In this document: positions 9,824 through 21,007 of the stretch, piece after piece
Numbering within the stretch: position 1 is the stretch's first letter
Layout: each line of letters begins with the position of its first letter
IMG/VR virus record: IMGVR_UViG_3300021963_000038
Span: 1 to 64,000 of that record
DNA from: a virus
Length of the DNA stretch: 64,000 nucleotides
Strand: one strand, 5' to 3'
The notes under the pieces: generated by a model
Databases searched by the model: none
What the model saw: only the letters and a program-made list of their open reading frames with translations
Told to the model about the DNA's origin: nothing
Position numbers and translations under genes: made by a program

Positions 9824-12363
9824 TGTCTGAACAAAAAGTTTCATTACTGATTAATCGTCAGGTACCTGAATTTGTTCGGGACGATTACCCAACATTTGTG
9901 CATTTTTTGGAAGCTTATTATGAGTTTTTGGAAAATAAACAAACAGGCCAAAAAAATGACTTAATGAATAAGTCAAAAGACCTTCGATATCTTTCAGACG
10001 TTGATTACTCAATAGACCAATTTGAAGATAATTTTCTTAACACTTTTGCTGCTTTCTTACCTAAAGATGTTCAGGTAGATAAAGCCTTTTTAATTAAACA
10101 AATGTTGCCTTTGTATCTTGCAAAAGGTAACGAAAAATCTTTTAAACTTCTTTTTAAATTAATTTTTAATGAAGAAGTTGAAGTTATCAAACCAAAATCA
10201 AATGTTCTACGAACATCTGACGGTAAATGGTTAATTGAAAAAGCTTTTAGAATTTCTCAAGATGTGTATAGCACTTATACTGCAAATGGCAACACATCGT
10301 CTAGTGCTACTGCATCTGGTAATACTGTATTTAAAATGGCACAAATTGCAGCAAGTAATGAAATTGAAGTTTATGTGAACGATGTTAAACAAACTTCTGG
10401 TTACAATGTTCGCCGTGAATCAAAGAAAGTTATATTTAATACTGCACCTTCAGCCAATTCAACAATTAAAATATTATATAATGATTTTAATTATGCGTTA
10501 CTAGAAAATAGACAAATTATTGGTGCATCATCTGGTGCAACAGCTATCGTTGAGAGAGTTGCACAAAAAACAGTTAATGCCAAATCAGCATTTGAATTAT
10601 ATGTAAATGATAAAACACTTGTTGGCAATTTTGATAATGGTGAATATGCTACACTTAGTGTTATTGGTGACAACGATGAATTAATAAACATTCGTGTTTC
10701 TGGACTATCCACACTTGCCACAATTAATGTGATTGATGGTGGTGCAAGTTATAATGTTGGTGACCCTGTTATCATTACAGGTGGTGGTGAAACAGAAACA
10801 GCTGAAGCAATCGTTTCAGAAGTTTTTTCTGGATACATTAACCAAATTCGTGTTCTTGCTGGTGGTGCAGGTTTTAAAACAGGTTCAAATGTCAATCTTG
10901 TTGGTGCTACAGCAAATGCATCTCTTGTTCTTGCTATTGATGCGGTAGATGTTTCTGGTGCAAATAGTGCAAATACTTTTGTTGTCGATACAACAAGAAT
11001 TGCTAACTATGCTTCAATTAATATTAGTGATGCTAATTATGGGTTTCCTAACACTTCAATTTCAGAAAATGTTAATTCACGAATCATAGATGCTTTGGCA
11101 TTTTCAAATGTAACAAGTATTGGTCCAATTACTAATGTGGCAATTTTGTTTGCTAACGCAATTTTTGCATCTGTTCCAACACTTGATGCTGATTCTGCAC
11201 CTTTCATTAATGGTGCAACAGAAGAACAACACGTTCTTTATACTCGTTCTTTAGGACGAATTAATATCAATAACGGGGGTGATGGTTATAAAATTGGTGA
11301 CGAATTAATTTTCACAAATACGGGTAACATGAATTTTGGTTTTGGTGCTGCAGCGGCAATTACTAATGTATCTTCAACTGGTGCAATCACTAAAGTTGAA
11401 TTACAACCACCAAGAATTACGGGTACATCAAATGTTTATGGCAACACAAACGTAACTGTTACTGGAACAAACACATACTTTTTAGATGAGTTGCGTGTTG
11501 GTGATAGAATTATGATTAATAATGAATCACGATATATCAACACGATTACTTCAAACACATCACTTAATGTGAATGTCAATTTTAATTCTGCAACAACTGG
11601 TGGTGGAAAGAAAATTGGTTTGTACGGTTTGCTGCCTGTTGGTGGTGTGAATTATGAATCTACCAAGTTACCATTGATTACAGTTTCTTCTGTTAACGGT
11701 GCTAATGCCAATTTATCAGTCATTGCATTGATGGGTGATGGTGAAAATTTATTTGCAACGGCAGACCAGGATCCAGGTGCAATTTTAAAAATTAGGGTTG
11801 TAAATGCTGGTGCGGGATATCAAACACCTCCAACAATTAATTTGACACAAAAAGGTGATGGTACTGCAACCGCAAATTCATTGGTTGAACCAAGTTATGT
11901 TACTTTTCCTGGTCGTTGGACAACTTCAGACAGTATTCTTTCCGCATCAGAACGTGTAATTCAAGGTAGAGATTATTATGTTGATTATGCATATGTTTTA
12001 TCTTCAAAAGTTGAATTTTCAAAATTCAAAGAGTTGTTCAAAAATTTAATTCATCCAGCTGGTTTCAAACAATATGCTGATTTTAGAGTTGATGAAACAA
12101 TTCTGGCAAACAACATATCAACTCTCAGTTATTCAAGTAATGTCATTTCTGGATCCGTTAATGTTAACAGTAGCATATATGTAACTGGTACGAATACCTT
12201 ATTTAATGTTGCCAACACTAATAATGTTATTACGATTGGAACACAGATTGCGGTTAATTCTGAAATTCGAACAATCAGTAGTATTTTGAGTAATACCACA
12301 TTGAGAGTTTCTTCTGCGTTTACTCAGACCGCAAACAACCAAGAACTTATAATTATTGCATAA
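9823..12363 (+). CDS. gp7: Baseplate wedge protein (gp7-like)
   Basis: QVPEFV..YP.FV.FLEAYYEFLE start, KG.EKSFKLLF, and C-terminal YY..YAYV..K.LIHPAG; lies between gp6 and gp8. Confidence 0.72.
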   Translation: MSEQKVSLLINRQVPEFVRDDYPTFVHFLEAYYEFLENKQTGQKNDLMNKSKDLRYLSDVDYSIDQFEDNFLNTFAAFLPKDVQVDKAFLIKQMLPLYLAKGNEKSFKLLFKLIFNEEVEVIKPKSNVLRTSDGKWLIEKAFRISQDVYSTYTANGNTSSSATASGNTVFKMAQIAASNEIEVYVNDVKQTSGYNVRRESKKVIFNTAPSANSTIKILYNDFNYALLENRQIIGASSGATAIVERVAQKTVNAKSAFELYVNDKTLVGNFDNGEYATLSVIGDNDELINIRVSGLSTLATINVIDGGASYNVGDPVIITGGGETETAEAIVSEVFSGYINQIRVLAGGAGFKTGSNVNLVGATANASLVLAIDAVDVSGANSANTFVVDTTRIANYASINISDANYGFPNTSISENVNSRIIDALAFSNVTSIGPITNVAILFANAIFASVPTLDADSAPFINGATEEQHVLYTRSLGRININNGGDGYKIGDELIFTNTGNMNFGFGAAAAITNVSSTGAITKVELQPPRITGTSNVYGNTNVTVTGTNTYFLDELRVGDRIMINNESRYINTITSNTSLNVNVNFNSATTGGGKKIGLYGLLPVGGVNYESTKLPLITVSSVNGANANLSVIALMGDGENLFATADQDPGAILKIRVVNAGAGYQTPPTINLTQKGDGTATANSLVEPSYVTFPGRWTTSDSILSASERVIQGRDYYVDYAYVLSSKVEFSKFKELFKNLIHPAGFKQYADFRVDETILANNISTLSYSSNVISGSVNVNSSIYVTGTNTLFNVANTNNVITIGTQIAVNSEIRTISSILSNTTLRVSSAFTQTANNQELIIIA

Positions 12364-12366
12364 ATA
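12359..12366 (+). promoter_or_regulatory. Late promoter variant CATAAATA
   Basis: 10 nt upstream of the gp8 ATG. Confidence 0.6.
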
Positions 12367-12376
12367 AAGAATTACT

Positions 12377-13930
12377 ATGGCTACCTCATACACATCCAGA
12401 AAACTCTCGTTCAATAACGCAGAGCAATTTAAAGAATCTTTTGCCGAACCACAACCTACGGTTGGTTATTTGTTCATTGGCAATAATGTTCCCTATGCAA
12501 ACGAATTATCACCAAATTCAATTGTAGATTCTACATCCGATGAGAAAACGGTGTGGGATAATATGTTTGCGGCTAAAAAGATTACTGGTAATGATGTTGA
12601 ATTGGTTGTTCCACGAATCAATTGGTCTACCAATAAACGATATAAACAATTTGATGACAAAATCTCAACTAGTGATTTATTGACTGCCGATACTGGTTCT
12701 GGTGGTAATAGTCAACCAATGTATGTGTTGACAAGTCAAAGAAATGTATATAAGTGTTTATCAAATAATGCAAATGTCGTTTCCACAGTAGAACCTTCAG
12801 GTGACTACAATACTGCAAACGGTACAATTTTTACCGCAGATGGTTATGTTTGGAAGTATCTTTATAATGTTAAGGCTTCAAATAAGTTTTTAACATCCGC
12901 TTGGATACCAGCTCCAACTTCCACATCAAAATTAGATTATAATGTCAGTTCAACAAGTGTAGTTGAAGGTGAAATTACCACTATCATGGTTACAAATGGT
13001 GGTACAGGATATGCAAATCCAACAACTACTGCCACGGCATTTGGTACTGGAGTTACAACTCTAGCTTTAGGAAGTACCAATAATGTTGCAGCCAATATGT
13101 CTGTAAGTGGAACAGGTATTGCTGTCGGAACATTGGTTTCTACTGTTAATACAATATTGAATATCATTACAATTTCGTCTGCAACCACAGCAAATGGTGG
13201 TGGCACAGGTAATAACTATACATTTAGCACCAGAGTTTATATTCCAGGTGATGGTTCTGGTGCAGTAGCTACTGCAAACATCGTAAACAGTTCAATTTCT
13301 AAGGTTACGATTGATGTAACGGGCACTGGTTATTCATATGCTAATGCCATAATCTATGGTTCTGGTACTGGTGCAAACGCAAGGGTCGTTATACCACCAA
13401 AATCTGGCCATGGATTCAACCCAGCCAAAGAGTTGGATGGTTCAAATGTTATGGTTTCTGAGAGAATTGGTCAAGTTGATGCAACAGAAAATGGATTAAT
13501 TTCCACTTCAACTTCAATAAGACAGTATGGTTTACTGAGAGACCCGTATAAATATGGTGCAACCGCAGCTGTATCAACATCTAACGCAAATACTGTTATT
13601 TCTCAAACCGTTAATTTGACTTTGGTTGCTGGTTCTCCTTTTACTTTAAATGAATTTGTTTATCAAGGTGGTGCGGCAAATAACGCTTATTTTTATGGTT
13701 TTGTTAATTCACAATCATCAAATGAGGTTCGCCTAATTAAGGTAAGAGGTGATGTTTCGGTTGGTGGTACATTAATTGGTGCCACATCAGGTGTTACTAG
13801 AACGGTCGTTAAAAGATACGACCCCGAGTTCGAACCATATACGGGTGATATTGAGTATGTCGAAAATGTTACAAAGATTCAAAGAGCAGATGGTCAAGCC
13901 GAAAATATTAAATTTGTTATCAGATTTTAA
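12377..13930 (+). CDS. gp8: Baseplate wedge protein (gp8-like)
   Basis: WDNMFAAKKI..VPRINW..VYKCLSN..DGYVWKYLY..GHG..ELDG..R.DGQ.ENIK motifs. Confidence 0.88.
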   Translation: MATSYTSRKLSFNNAEQFKESFAEPQPTVGYLFIGNNVPYANELSPNSIVDSTSDEKTVWDNMFAAKKITGNDVELVVPRINWSTNKRYKQFDDKISTSDLLTADTGSGGNSQPMYVLTSQRNVYKCLSNNANVVSTVEPSGDYNTANGTIFTADGYVWKYLYNVKASNKFLTSAWIPAPTSTSKLDYNVSSTSVVEGEITTIMVTNGGTGYANPTTTATAFGTGVTTLALGSTNNVAANMSVSGTGIAVGTLVSTVNTILNIITISSATTANGGGTGNNYTFSTRVYIPGDGSGAVATANIVNSSISKVTIDVTGTGYSYANAIIYGSGTGANARVVIPPKSGHGFNPAKELDGSNVMVSERIGQVDATENGLISTSTSIRQYGLLRDPYKYGATAAVSTSNANTVISQTVNLTLVAGSPFTLNEFVYQGGAANNAYFYGFVNSQSSNEVRLIKVRGDVSVGGTLIGATSGVTRTVVKRYDPEFEPYTGDIEYVENVTKIQRADGQAENIKFVIRF

Positions 13931-13942
13931 GGAAATTATTTA

Positions 13943-16900
13943 ATGTCGTTAAATACTAATTTTAATGTCAATCCGTATTATGACGATTATGATGAAGATA
14001 AGAAATTTCTTCGTCTATTGTTCAAACCAGGTTATGCGGTTCAAGCTCGTGAATTGACACAAGCTCAAACACTTCTACAAAAACAAGTAGAGCGTTTTGG
14101 CCAACATATCTTTAAAAATGGCTCCGTTGTTTCGGGTGGTCAATTATTCATTCACGATACCACATATTTAAATGTAAGTACAGATTACGCCGGTACAGCT
14201 GTTAACATTAATAATTTTAATGGTAAAACAATCACCAATGTGGCAGGAACAAAAGTTGGTGAAGTGGTTGTTGTTTATGATACAAATACTGGCGTAACAC
14301 CAAATGAACCAAAAACAGTTTATGTAAAACAAATTTCAGGTGCACCATTTGCTGCTGGTGATACAATTACCACAGTTGAAAATAGTCCAGTTTTTGCCAA
14401 TGTCGCAACAGGTGGTGTTGGAACCGGACAAACATTTTCTGTAACTGATGGTGTTTATTTTTATGATGGATTTTTTCTTAAAAATAGTGAACAAACAATT
14501 GCAATTAGTAAATATAATACATCATCTAACGTAAGAGTTGGTTTTGAAATTACAGAATCTATTATTGAATCCACACAAGATACATCTTTGTTGGATCCAG
14601 CACAAGACGCTTCAAACTTCCAAGCTCCAGGTGCTGATAGATTTAAAATTGATTTAATTCTTTCTAGAAGAGCACTTGATTCTACTGATGACTCACAATT
14701 TATTGAATTGGCTCGAGTTGTAAATGGAACTTTATCTTATGCATTAATTTACCCACAGTATGCTGTTCTTGAAGATACTTTAGCCAGAAGAACATATGAT
14801 GAATCTGGTAACTATACTGTTCGACCATTTAAACTTGCATTAGAAACAAGTTCTGCTAATACAGCAAAAGCTAATGTTATTTTATCTCCAGGTAAAGCAT
14901 ATGTTTATGGTTATGAATATGAAACAATTTCACCAACAACAATTACATTTGATAAACCACGCACAACAGATTCAGTTTCAGATAAACGATTAACTGCTGA
15001 CTATGGTTACTATGTGTATTCAAATACACATTTTGGTTCTTTACCAATTAACAGTTTACAAACAGTAGATTTGCATTGTGTATCAAATAGTGTAATTAAT
15101 GTAACAACTTCTAGCACAATTACTAACACTAAGGTTGGTACAGCTCGTGTTAAATCTATTGCATTTGAAACATCTGCAAATACACAAAATTCTGCAACAT
15201 ATACCTATCGCACATATCTGTTTGATGTGAATGTTGGTTCAATCACTGGTGGTAATGTTGTTGTATTGGGAACAAATACTGGTTACGTTCAAATTGCAAA
15301 CAGTATAACTGGTTCACAAATATATTCTACAGCCAATAATGCATATACAGGTGCTAAATTTAGAATTCTGACCGGTCCTGGTGCTGGTGAAAAACCAAGA
15401 ACAATTACAAACTATAATGGTGCAACTCAGACAATTCAACTTTCTGAGCCTTTTGTTAACACACCAAATTCATTGTCTAATTGGTCTATTGATTTTGAAT
15501 TTAATGATGTTAAATCATTATCAGTAGTTAGTAGCACAACTCGTCTTGCTGCAGCTGATATTGATATTTCATCTAAAGACCCAGCTTCAACATATAACGA
15601 CACATTCATTTCAGATAGTAATCTTGAACCATTATTATTTAATCTTGGTCAAAATTATGTTGCACAAAATACAATTGCTAATTTTGATTATTCTTACAAG
15701 CGTTTGTATGAATCACAATCATTTTCATCTTCACAATCTCCAGCATTAACTGTTGGTACAGGTGAAACAATTTCAAGTGCAACAAGTTCTACCGCTAAAG
15801 CTGAGAATTATCAAATTGTTGTAACATCTTCTGGTACATCACCATATACTGTTGGTCAAATTATTCCTACCAATTTATTTACTGTTGATACAGGCACTCG
15901 TAAAATTACTGTTACTTCTGGTAACAACATGGTTGCAAATATTACTGCAACGATAGATGCAAGTAATCCTGGTTCAAAAGGAAAAACATATGTTGGTGCC
16001 AATTCAACAATTCAAACGTCTGGTGGCACCAGCATTTTTGCAAATAATGGAGTGATGCTCTATACTGCAAATGGCCAAGTTCATATTATGGCCAATACAG
16101 TTCTTAAAACTCCAGATTCCATTCAATCTTTATTTGTTCCTGATGTAATTGAATTGGTTTCTGTTTTAGATTTCAATGGAAATCAGATTACCACTTCTAA
16201 TGCATCTACTGCAACTAATGTTACAACACGTTACACATTAGATAGTGGTCAACGTGATTCGTTCTATGACCACTCATCTATTAGATTAAAAGCTGATGTA
16301 GCTGCACCTGTTGGTCCTTTAGTTGTTAAGTTTAATCGTTTTAGTTCATCTGGTGCAGGATTATTTACCGTAGATTCATATGTTGGATACAATTACGGAG
16401 CTATTCCTGTTTATACCTCTCAGGCAACAGGGCAAGTTTACCCACTAAGAGATTGCCTTGATTATAGACCAGTTAGGACAATACCGACAACATCAGTTAC
16501 AGCAAATACTGTCAGCTTCGATGTTGATTCAACCACGACTGGTCCTAAGATTCCAGAGAATGGTTCCGATGTGATTTTAGATTATCAATATTATCTACCA
16601 AGAACAGACAAGGTAATATTGAACAAAAATCGTACCTTTGAAGTTGTCCAAGGCAATCCTTCTTTGACGCCAATTGTGCCTCTTGATAAAGAAGGTGCAA
16701 TGACAATGTATATTCTCCGTGAACCGGCTTATGTTGCCAATACATCTGAAATTGAAGTTCAATACATTGATAACAGACGTTATACAATGCGTGATATTGC
16801 CAACATTGATAAACGTATTGGTAATTTAGAGTATTACACTTCACTTTCTTTGCTTGAACAAAATGCATTGAATAAACAAGATTTGACCATTTTGGATTCT

Positions 16901-19885
16901 ACAAACTTACCACGATTTAAGAATGGTATTGTTGTGGATTCATTTGATGGTACATCTGTTGCTGATGTAACAAATGCTGATTACTCTGTTTCTGTTGACC
17001 CTAAAAAGAAAGAAATCAGACCAACATTTAATATTACATCACATCTATTGACATTCGATTCAGCTAATTCATCTAATTATTTACAAGCTGGTCCAATCGT
17101 GATGCCAACAGCAACACATACTGTTTTTGTTGACCAAAATAAATCTTCAAAAGTATACAACATTAATCCATTTAATATTGTAAATTACATTGGTAAAATT
17201 CAGTTGGATCCACCATCAGATGTTTGGATTGATACTGATAAACAACCAGATGTTCTTGTAAATCTTGAAGGCGATAAAGACGCATGGGCTTTAATTACTC
17301 AAAACGCTTTCAGTTACGAATGGGGTAATTGGGAAACTTATTGGTCTGGCACATCAACATCTTCATCTGTCAATGGACATACTGGCGGCCGCCAAGCTGT
17401 TATTCAAACCACTACAACAACTGTTACTAATAAAGATACTCGTGCTGGTGTATTAACTCAAGTTTTTCCATCATCAATTACCGAATCATTAGGTGACCGT
17501 GTTATCGATGTATCAATTATCCCATATATGCGTGAACGTGGTATATTATTTACTTGTTCTGATTTTAAACCAACCACAGAACTTTATGGATTCTTTGATA
17601 ACATTAGTGTAAACAAATACATTGCTCGAGCAAATAAATTTATATTAAGTTCTAATAACTTAGGATATATCACACAATCTGGTAATCCAGAAGCTGTAAA
17701 TGTTACTAATACTACAACAAGCACAGTTAATGCAACAGCATTTGTTGTTCGCACATCAAATAAAGAAGCATTTATAGTTAATTTAAGTCCTTCAACATTG
17801 TTGAATTCTGCAACTATGAATTTAGTTGGACAAACAAGTGGCACATCAATTAAAATTGATGGTTATGAACACTACTCTGGATTTGTAAGTTCTGCTACAT
17901 CTAATACGATTGTATTGAGTGTAGATGTAACAAGTGCAAATAATACTGGTGATTATACTGGAAAAACAGTTTATATTGTATCTGGAACCGGTGCTGGTCA
18001 GTCTGCAACTGTTTCTTCTTATACAGATGGTACAAGAACATTAACAATCACTGGAACATGGGCAACTACACCAACTTCTAACTCTGTTTATTCGATTGGT
18101 AATTTAACAACAACAGCTGCAGGTGATGTTGCTGGTGTATTCAATATACCAAATGGAATATTCCGTATTGGTGAGAAAAACTTCCGATTGATTGATACTT
18201 CAAGTGGTGATATTGGTTCATCTTCTACAAATGGAGATGCTACATTTTTTGCACAAGGTATTTTACAAAAAACAGAAAACACAATTATTTCTGCAACTGT
18301 TCCAACAACTCAACGGGTTTCCGTTAAAGATAGTCGTGTTGTAACAACAACAGCTATCTCTCAACGTCAAATTGGTTGGTATGACCCATTAGCACAAACA
18401 TTCTTAGTGTCACCATCAAATTACCCACAAGGTATTTTCTTGTCTAAGGCTCGTTTCTGTTTCAAGTCAAAAGATTCAACTGTACCTATTACTTTACAAG
18501 TTCGTTCTGTTGTAAATGGATATCCTTCAACATCTTTAGTTTATCCATATTCAACAGTTACATTGACACCAGATAAAGTTAAAACAACAACTTCACCTGA
18601 TTTGGATGACGCAACAAAGTATACAGAATTTGTATTTGATTCTCCATTGTTCTTACAACCTGGTGAACATTGTTTTGTGTTGTTATCTAACTCTAACAAA
18701 TATGAAACTTATGCGGCTGAGATTGGAAAATTAGATACTGTATCTGCAAGACAGATTTCAGAACAACCATATCAAGGTTCATTGTTCTTATCACAAAACG
18801 GTTCTACATGGACCGCTGAGCAAAACTCAGACTTGATGTTTAGATTGTTTAGATATACATTTAGTACCGGTACAACTGAAGCACAATTCAATGTGGATTA
18901 TCCTTCTGCTAACACAGCATATGATTTAATGCATTTAATTGCAAATGGAATATCTGTTGAAAACACTTCAATTTCATATCAATTCAATTCTGAAAAGGCT
19001 ACTGGTGGTAAAACTGGACTATTACCATTTACACCATTAACTGATTACCCAATGACTGATGGTTATGGACGCCGTGTATTAACAACAACTGCTAACACAA
19101 CATTAACAGTTAAAGCTACAATGGCTACCAGCAATCCAGATATTGCACCATTTATTGATACTTCTCGTATGAGTATGATTGCGGTTGAAAACATCATTAA
19201 TGATTTACCACTAAGTAATTCTGGTATTATAATTACAAATGGTGGCACAGGTTACTCTACTAATGCCAATGCTGTTGTAACAATCAGCGGTGGTGGTGGC
19301 TCAGGTGCTACGGCAGCTGCTGTTGTAACTAATAATGTTATTACATCAGTATATTTAACAGCTGCTGGTTCTGGTTACGAAACATCACCAACAATCACAA
19401 TTACTGATGCAAACACTACACCTGGTACAGGTGCAACAATCACTTACAATGGTGAAGATAAGAAATCTGGTGGTAATTCAAATGTTCGTTATATTACCCG
19501 CAAGGTTAATTTAGCTGATGGATTTGATTCTGGTGATTTGCGTGTTTATGTGACCGCATATAAACCAGCACTCTCTGATATTCGTGTTTATTACAAAATG
19601 CTTTCTATTTCTGATGCTGATGCATTTGAAGATAAAAATTATCAGTTAATGACACAATTGAATAACACTAATTTTGTGTCAAACAATTATAACGATTATC
19701 GTGAAATTTCATATGCTCCAGGTGTAAATGGTTCAGCAAACAATTCTGTATCATACACTTCTGGTTCAACTGCATTTAGTAACTTTAGAACATTCGCAAT
19801 TAAGATTGTGATGACTGGAACGTCTACTGTTGATGTACCAAAAGTTCGTGATTTCCGTGCAATTGCATTGCCTGCTGGAACATAA
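13943..19885 (+). CDS. Large virion structural protein (VrlC/DUF4815-like)
   Basis: NVNPYYDDY..LFKPG.AVQARELTQ.Q, APGADR, LARRTYDESGNY, RYTMRDI, RFKNG..VD.F, DPLAQTF, VRDFRAIAL motifs. Confidence 0.85.
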   Translation: MSLNTNFNVNPYYDDYDEDKKFLRLLFKPGYAVQARELTQAQTLLQKQVERFGQHIFKNGSVVSGGQLFIHDTTYLNVSTDYAGTAVNINNFNGKTITNVAGTKVGEVVVVYDTNTGVTPNEPKTVYVKQISGAPFAAGDTITTVENSPVFANVATGGVGTGQTFSVTDGVYFYDGFFLKNSEQTIAISKYNTSSNVRVGFEITESIIESTQDTSLLDPAQDASNFQAPGADRFKIDLILSRRALDSTDDSQFIELARVVNGTLSYALIYPQYAVLEDTLARRTYDESGNYTVRPFKLALETSSANTAKANVILSPGKAYVYGYEYETISPTTITFDKPRTTDSVSDKRLTADYGYYVYSNTHFGSLPINSLQTVDLHCVSNSVINVTTSSTITNTKVGTARVKSIAFETSANTQNSATYTYRTYLFDVNVGSITGGNVVVLGTNTGYVQIANSITGSQIYSTANNAYTGAKFRILTGPGAGEKPRTITNYNGATQTIQLSEPFVNTPNSLSNWSIDFEFNDVKSLSVVSSTTRLAAADIDISSKDPASTYNDTFISDSNLEPLLFNLGQNYVAQNTIANFDYSYKRLYESQSFSSSQSPALTVGTGETISSATSSTAKAENYQIVVTSSGTSPYTVGQIIPTNLFTVDTGTRKITVTSGNNMVANITATIDASNPGSKGKTYVGANSTIQTSGGTSIFANNGVMLYTANGQVHIMANTVLKTPDSIQSLFVPDVIELVSVLDFNGNQITTSNASTATNVTTRYTLDSGQRDSFYDHSSIRLKADVAAPVGPLVVKFNRFSSSGAGLFTVDSYVGYNYGAIPVYTSQATGQVYPLRDCLDYRPVRTIPTTSVTANTVSFDVDSTTTGPKIPENGSDVILDYQYYLPRTDKVILNKNRTFEVVQGNPSLTPIVPLDKEGAMTMYILREPAYVANTSEIEVQYIDNRRYTMRDIANIDKRIGNLEYYTSLSLLEQNALNKQDLTILDSTNLPRFKNGIVVDSFDGTSVADVTNADYSVSVDPKKKEIRPTFNITSHLLTFDSANSSNYLQAGPIVMPTATHTVFVDQNKSSKVYNINPFNIVNYIGKIQLDPPSDVWIDTDKQPDVLVNLEGDKDAWALITQNAFSYEWGNWETYWSGTSTSSSVNGHTGGRQAVIQTTTTTVTNKDTRAGVLTQVFPSSITESLGDRVIDVSIIPYMRERGILFTCSDFKPTTELYGFFDNISVNKYIARANKFILSSNNLGYITQSGNPEAVNVTNTTTSTVNATAFVVRTSNKEAFIVNLSPSTLLNSATMNLVGQTSGTSIKIDGYEHYSGFVSSATSNTIVLSVDVTSANNTGDYTGKTVYIVSGTGAGQSATVSSYTDGTRTLTITGTWATTPTSNSVYSIGNLTTTAAGDVAGVFNIPNGIFRIGEKNFRLIDTSSGDIGSSSTNGDATFFAQGILQKTENTIISATVPTTQRVSVKDSRVVTTTAISQRQIGWYDPLAQTFLVSPSNYPQGIFLSKARFCFKSKDSTVPITLQVRSVVNGYPSTSLVYPYSTVTLTPDKVKTTTSPDLDDATKYTEFVFDSPLFLQPGEHCFVLLSNSNKYETYAAEIGKLDTVSARQISEQPYQGSLFLSQNGSTWTAEQNSDLMFRLFRYTFSTGTTEAQFNVDYPSANTAYDLMHLIANGISVENTSISYQFNSEKATGGKTGLLPFTPLTDYPMTDGYGRRVLTTTANTTLTVKATMATSNPDIAPFIDTSRMSMIAVENIINDLPLSNSGIIITNGGTGYSTNANAVVTISGGGGSGATAAAVVTNNVITSVYLTAAGSGYETSPTITITDANTTPGTGATITYNGEDKKSGGNSNVRYITRKVNLADGFDSGDLRVYVTAYKPALSDIRVYYKMLSISDADAFEDKNYQLMTQLNNTNFVSNNYNDYREISYAPGVNGSANNSVSYTSGSTAFSNFRTFAIKIVMTGTSTVDVPKVRDFRAIALPAGT

Positions 19886-19887
19886 TC

Positions 19888-20124
19888 ATGTATGCAAAAG
19901 TAAAAGAACATGATAATCTAGTTAGGGATATGAATTCTAAAGCTGTTCTAAATACAGATAAAGAAGGTTTGCAAGATTATCTTCGTAAGAGAGAGATTGC
20001 CAAAAAGCAAAAAGAAGAACAATCTGAAACTCAAAATCGATTGGCAAAAATAGAACAAGATATGTCAGAAATTAAAAATTTATTGCAAAACATAGCAAAC
20101 TCAAGGTTCAGAGATGGCAATTAA
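19888..20124 (+). CDS. Small coiled-coil hypothetical protein typically following VrlC
   Basis: KV..HDNLVRD..SKAVLN..EIKNLL. Confidence 0.75.
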   Translation: MYAKVKEHDNLVRDMNSKAVLNTDKEGLQDYLRKREIAKKQKEEQSETQNRLAKIEQDMSEIKNLLQNIANSRFRDGN

Positions 20125-20644
20125 TCAATTAACAACCGCTAATACGTTCCAACATTGGTTAACGGCCACTCAAGCTTTAATTTCAACTGCCAACACATTA
20201 ACTGATGGTAACGGTGCTGTATTTGTTGCCAATACAAAACTAGATGTTTCTGGTACTGGTTCTCAATTAAATGTCCGTAATAGTGCGGGCATTAATACTC
20301 TCTATGCAAATAACATTAATGTAAGTGGTAACATTTCAACTCTAAATGTTACTTCGAATGGATATTTTGGTGGTGACGTTCTTATCTCTGGAAACTTGAC
20401 TGTTTCTGGAAACATTACTTTAGATTCCATTGGTTTTGATGATATGATGGTCAACGGTTCTATAACCGTAGCCAACACACTATCTGTTACTGGAAATACA
20501 ACACTAAGTAATTCTACCACAAATTACGGCAATTTTGGAACCGCTAATGTTTCTTCTTTAGTGGGTAGTTCAAATACTGCAATATACACTAGAATCGAAA
20601 GTGCTGAGGCATCGGCTTTGGCCTTTTCTATTGCATTAGGTTAA
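20114..20644 (+). CDS. Fibre-like structural protein ending in ALAFSIALG
   Basis: N-terminal NTFQHWL..T motif and V/I.GN.. beta repeats. Confidence 0.7.
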   Translation: MAINQLTTANTFQHWLTATQALISTANTLTDGNGAVFVANTKLDVSGTGSQLNVRNSAGINTLYANNINVSGNISTLNVTSNGYFGGDVLISGNLTVSGNITLDSIGFDDMMVNGSITVANTLSVTGNTTLSNSTTNYGNFGTANVSSLVGSSNTAIYTRIESAEASALAFSIALG

Positions 20645-20652
20645 TATAAATA
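20645..20652 (+). promoter_or_regulatory. T4-type late promoter TATAAATA
   Basis: Exact consensus upstream of ORF 20680 (RBS AAGGA). Confidence 0.8.
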
Positions 20653-20679
20653 GTGAATTAATACTAAGGAATTTATTCA

Positions 20680-21006
20680 ATGGCAAACAATTTTAAAAAT
20701 TATTTTTTGAAAAACGCTAGCACTACTGCAGCTAATGCGTATGTTGGCCCAACAGCAACACAGTCCACAATTATTGGTATGACGATTGGTAACACAACTT
20801 CATCACCAATTAGTTGTAATGTAACTGTTGTTTCTGGTGGTACAACATATTTCATGCTACAAAATGCGACTATCTCTAATGGTGGCGCATTAGTACCAAT
20901 TGGTGGTGACCAAAAACTTGTTATGGAAGCTGGAGATTATATGCAAGTACAAACATCTGCAACAAATTCTGCTGATGTGATTGTATCGGTTTTGGAGATT
21001 ACATAA
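20680..21006 (+). CDS. ~110-aa beta-rich fibre adaptor-like protein
   Basis: MANNFKN..YV.P..STIIGMTIGN..VSVLEIT; distant paralog of the YKILGQ..GVEIT family. Confidence 0.7.
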   Translation: MANNFKNYFLKNASTTAANAYVGPTATQSTIIGMTIGNTTSSPISCNVTVVSGGTTYFMLQNATISNGGALVPIGGDQKLVMEAGDYMQVQTSATNSADVIVSVLEIT

Positions 21007-21007
21007 T

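Noticed and set aside
20981-21007. Upstream start given for ORF 20981..21709
   Set aside because: It overlaps the previous gene; the ATG at 21008 matches the paralogous MSYIGNQ start of ORF 27762
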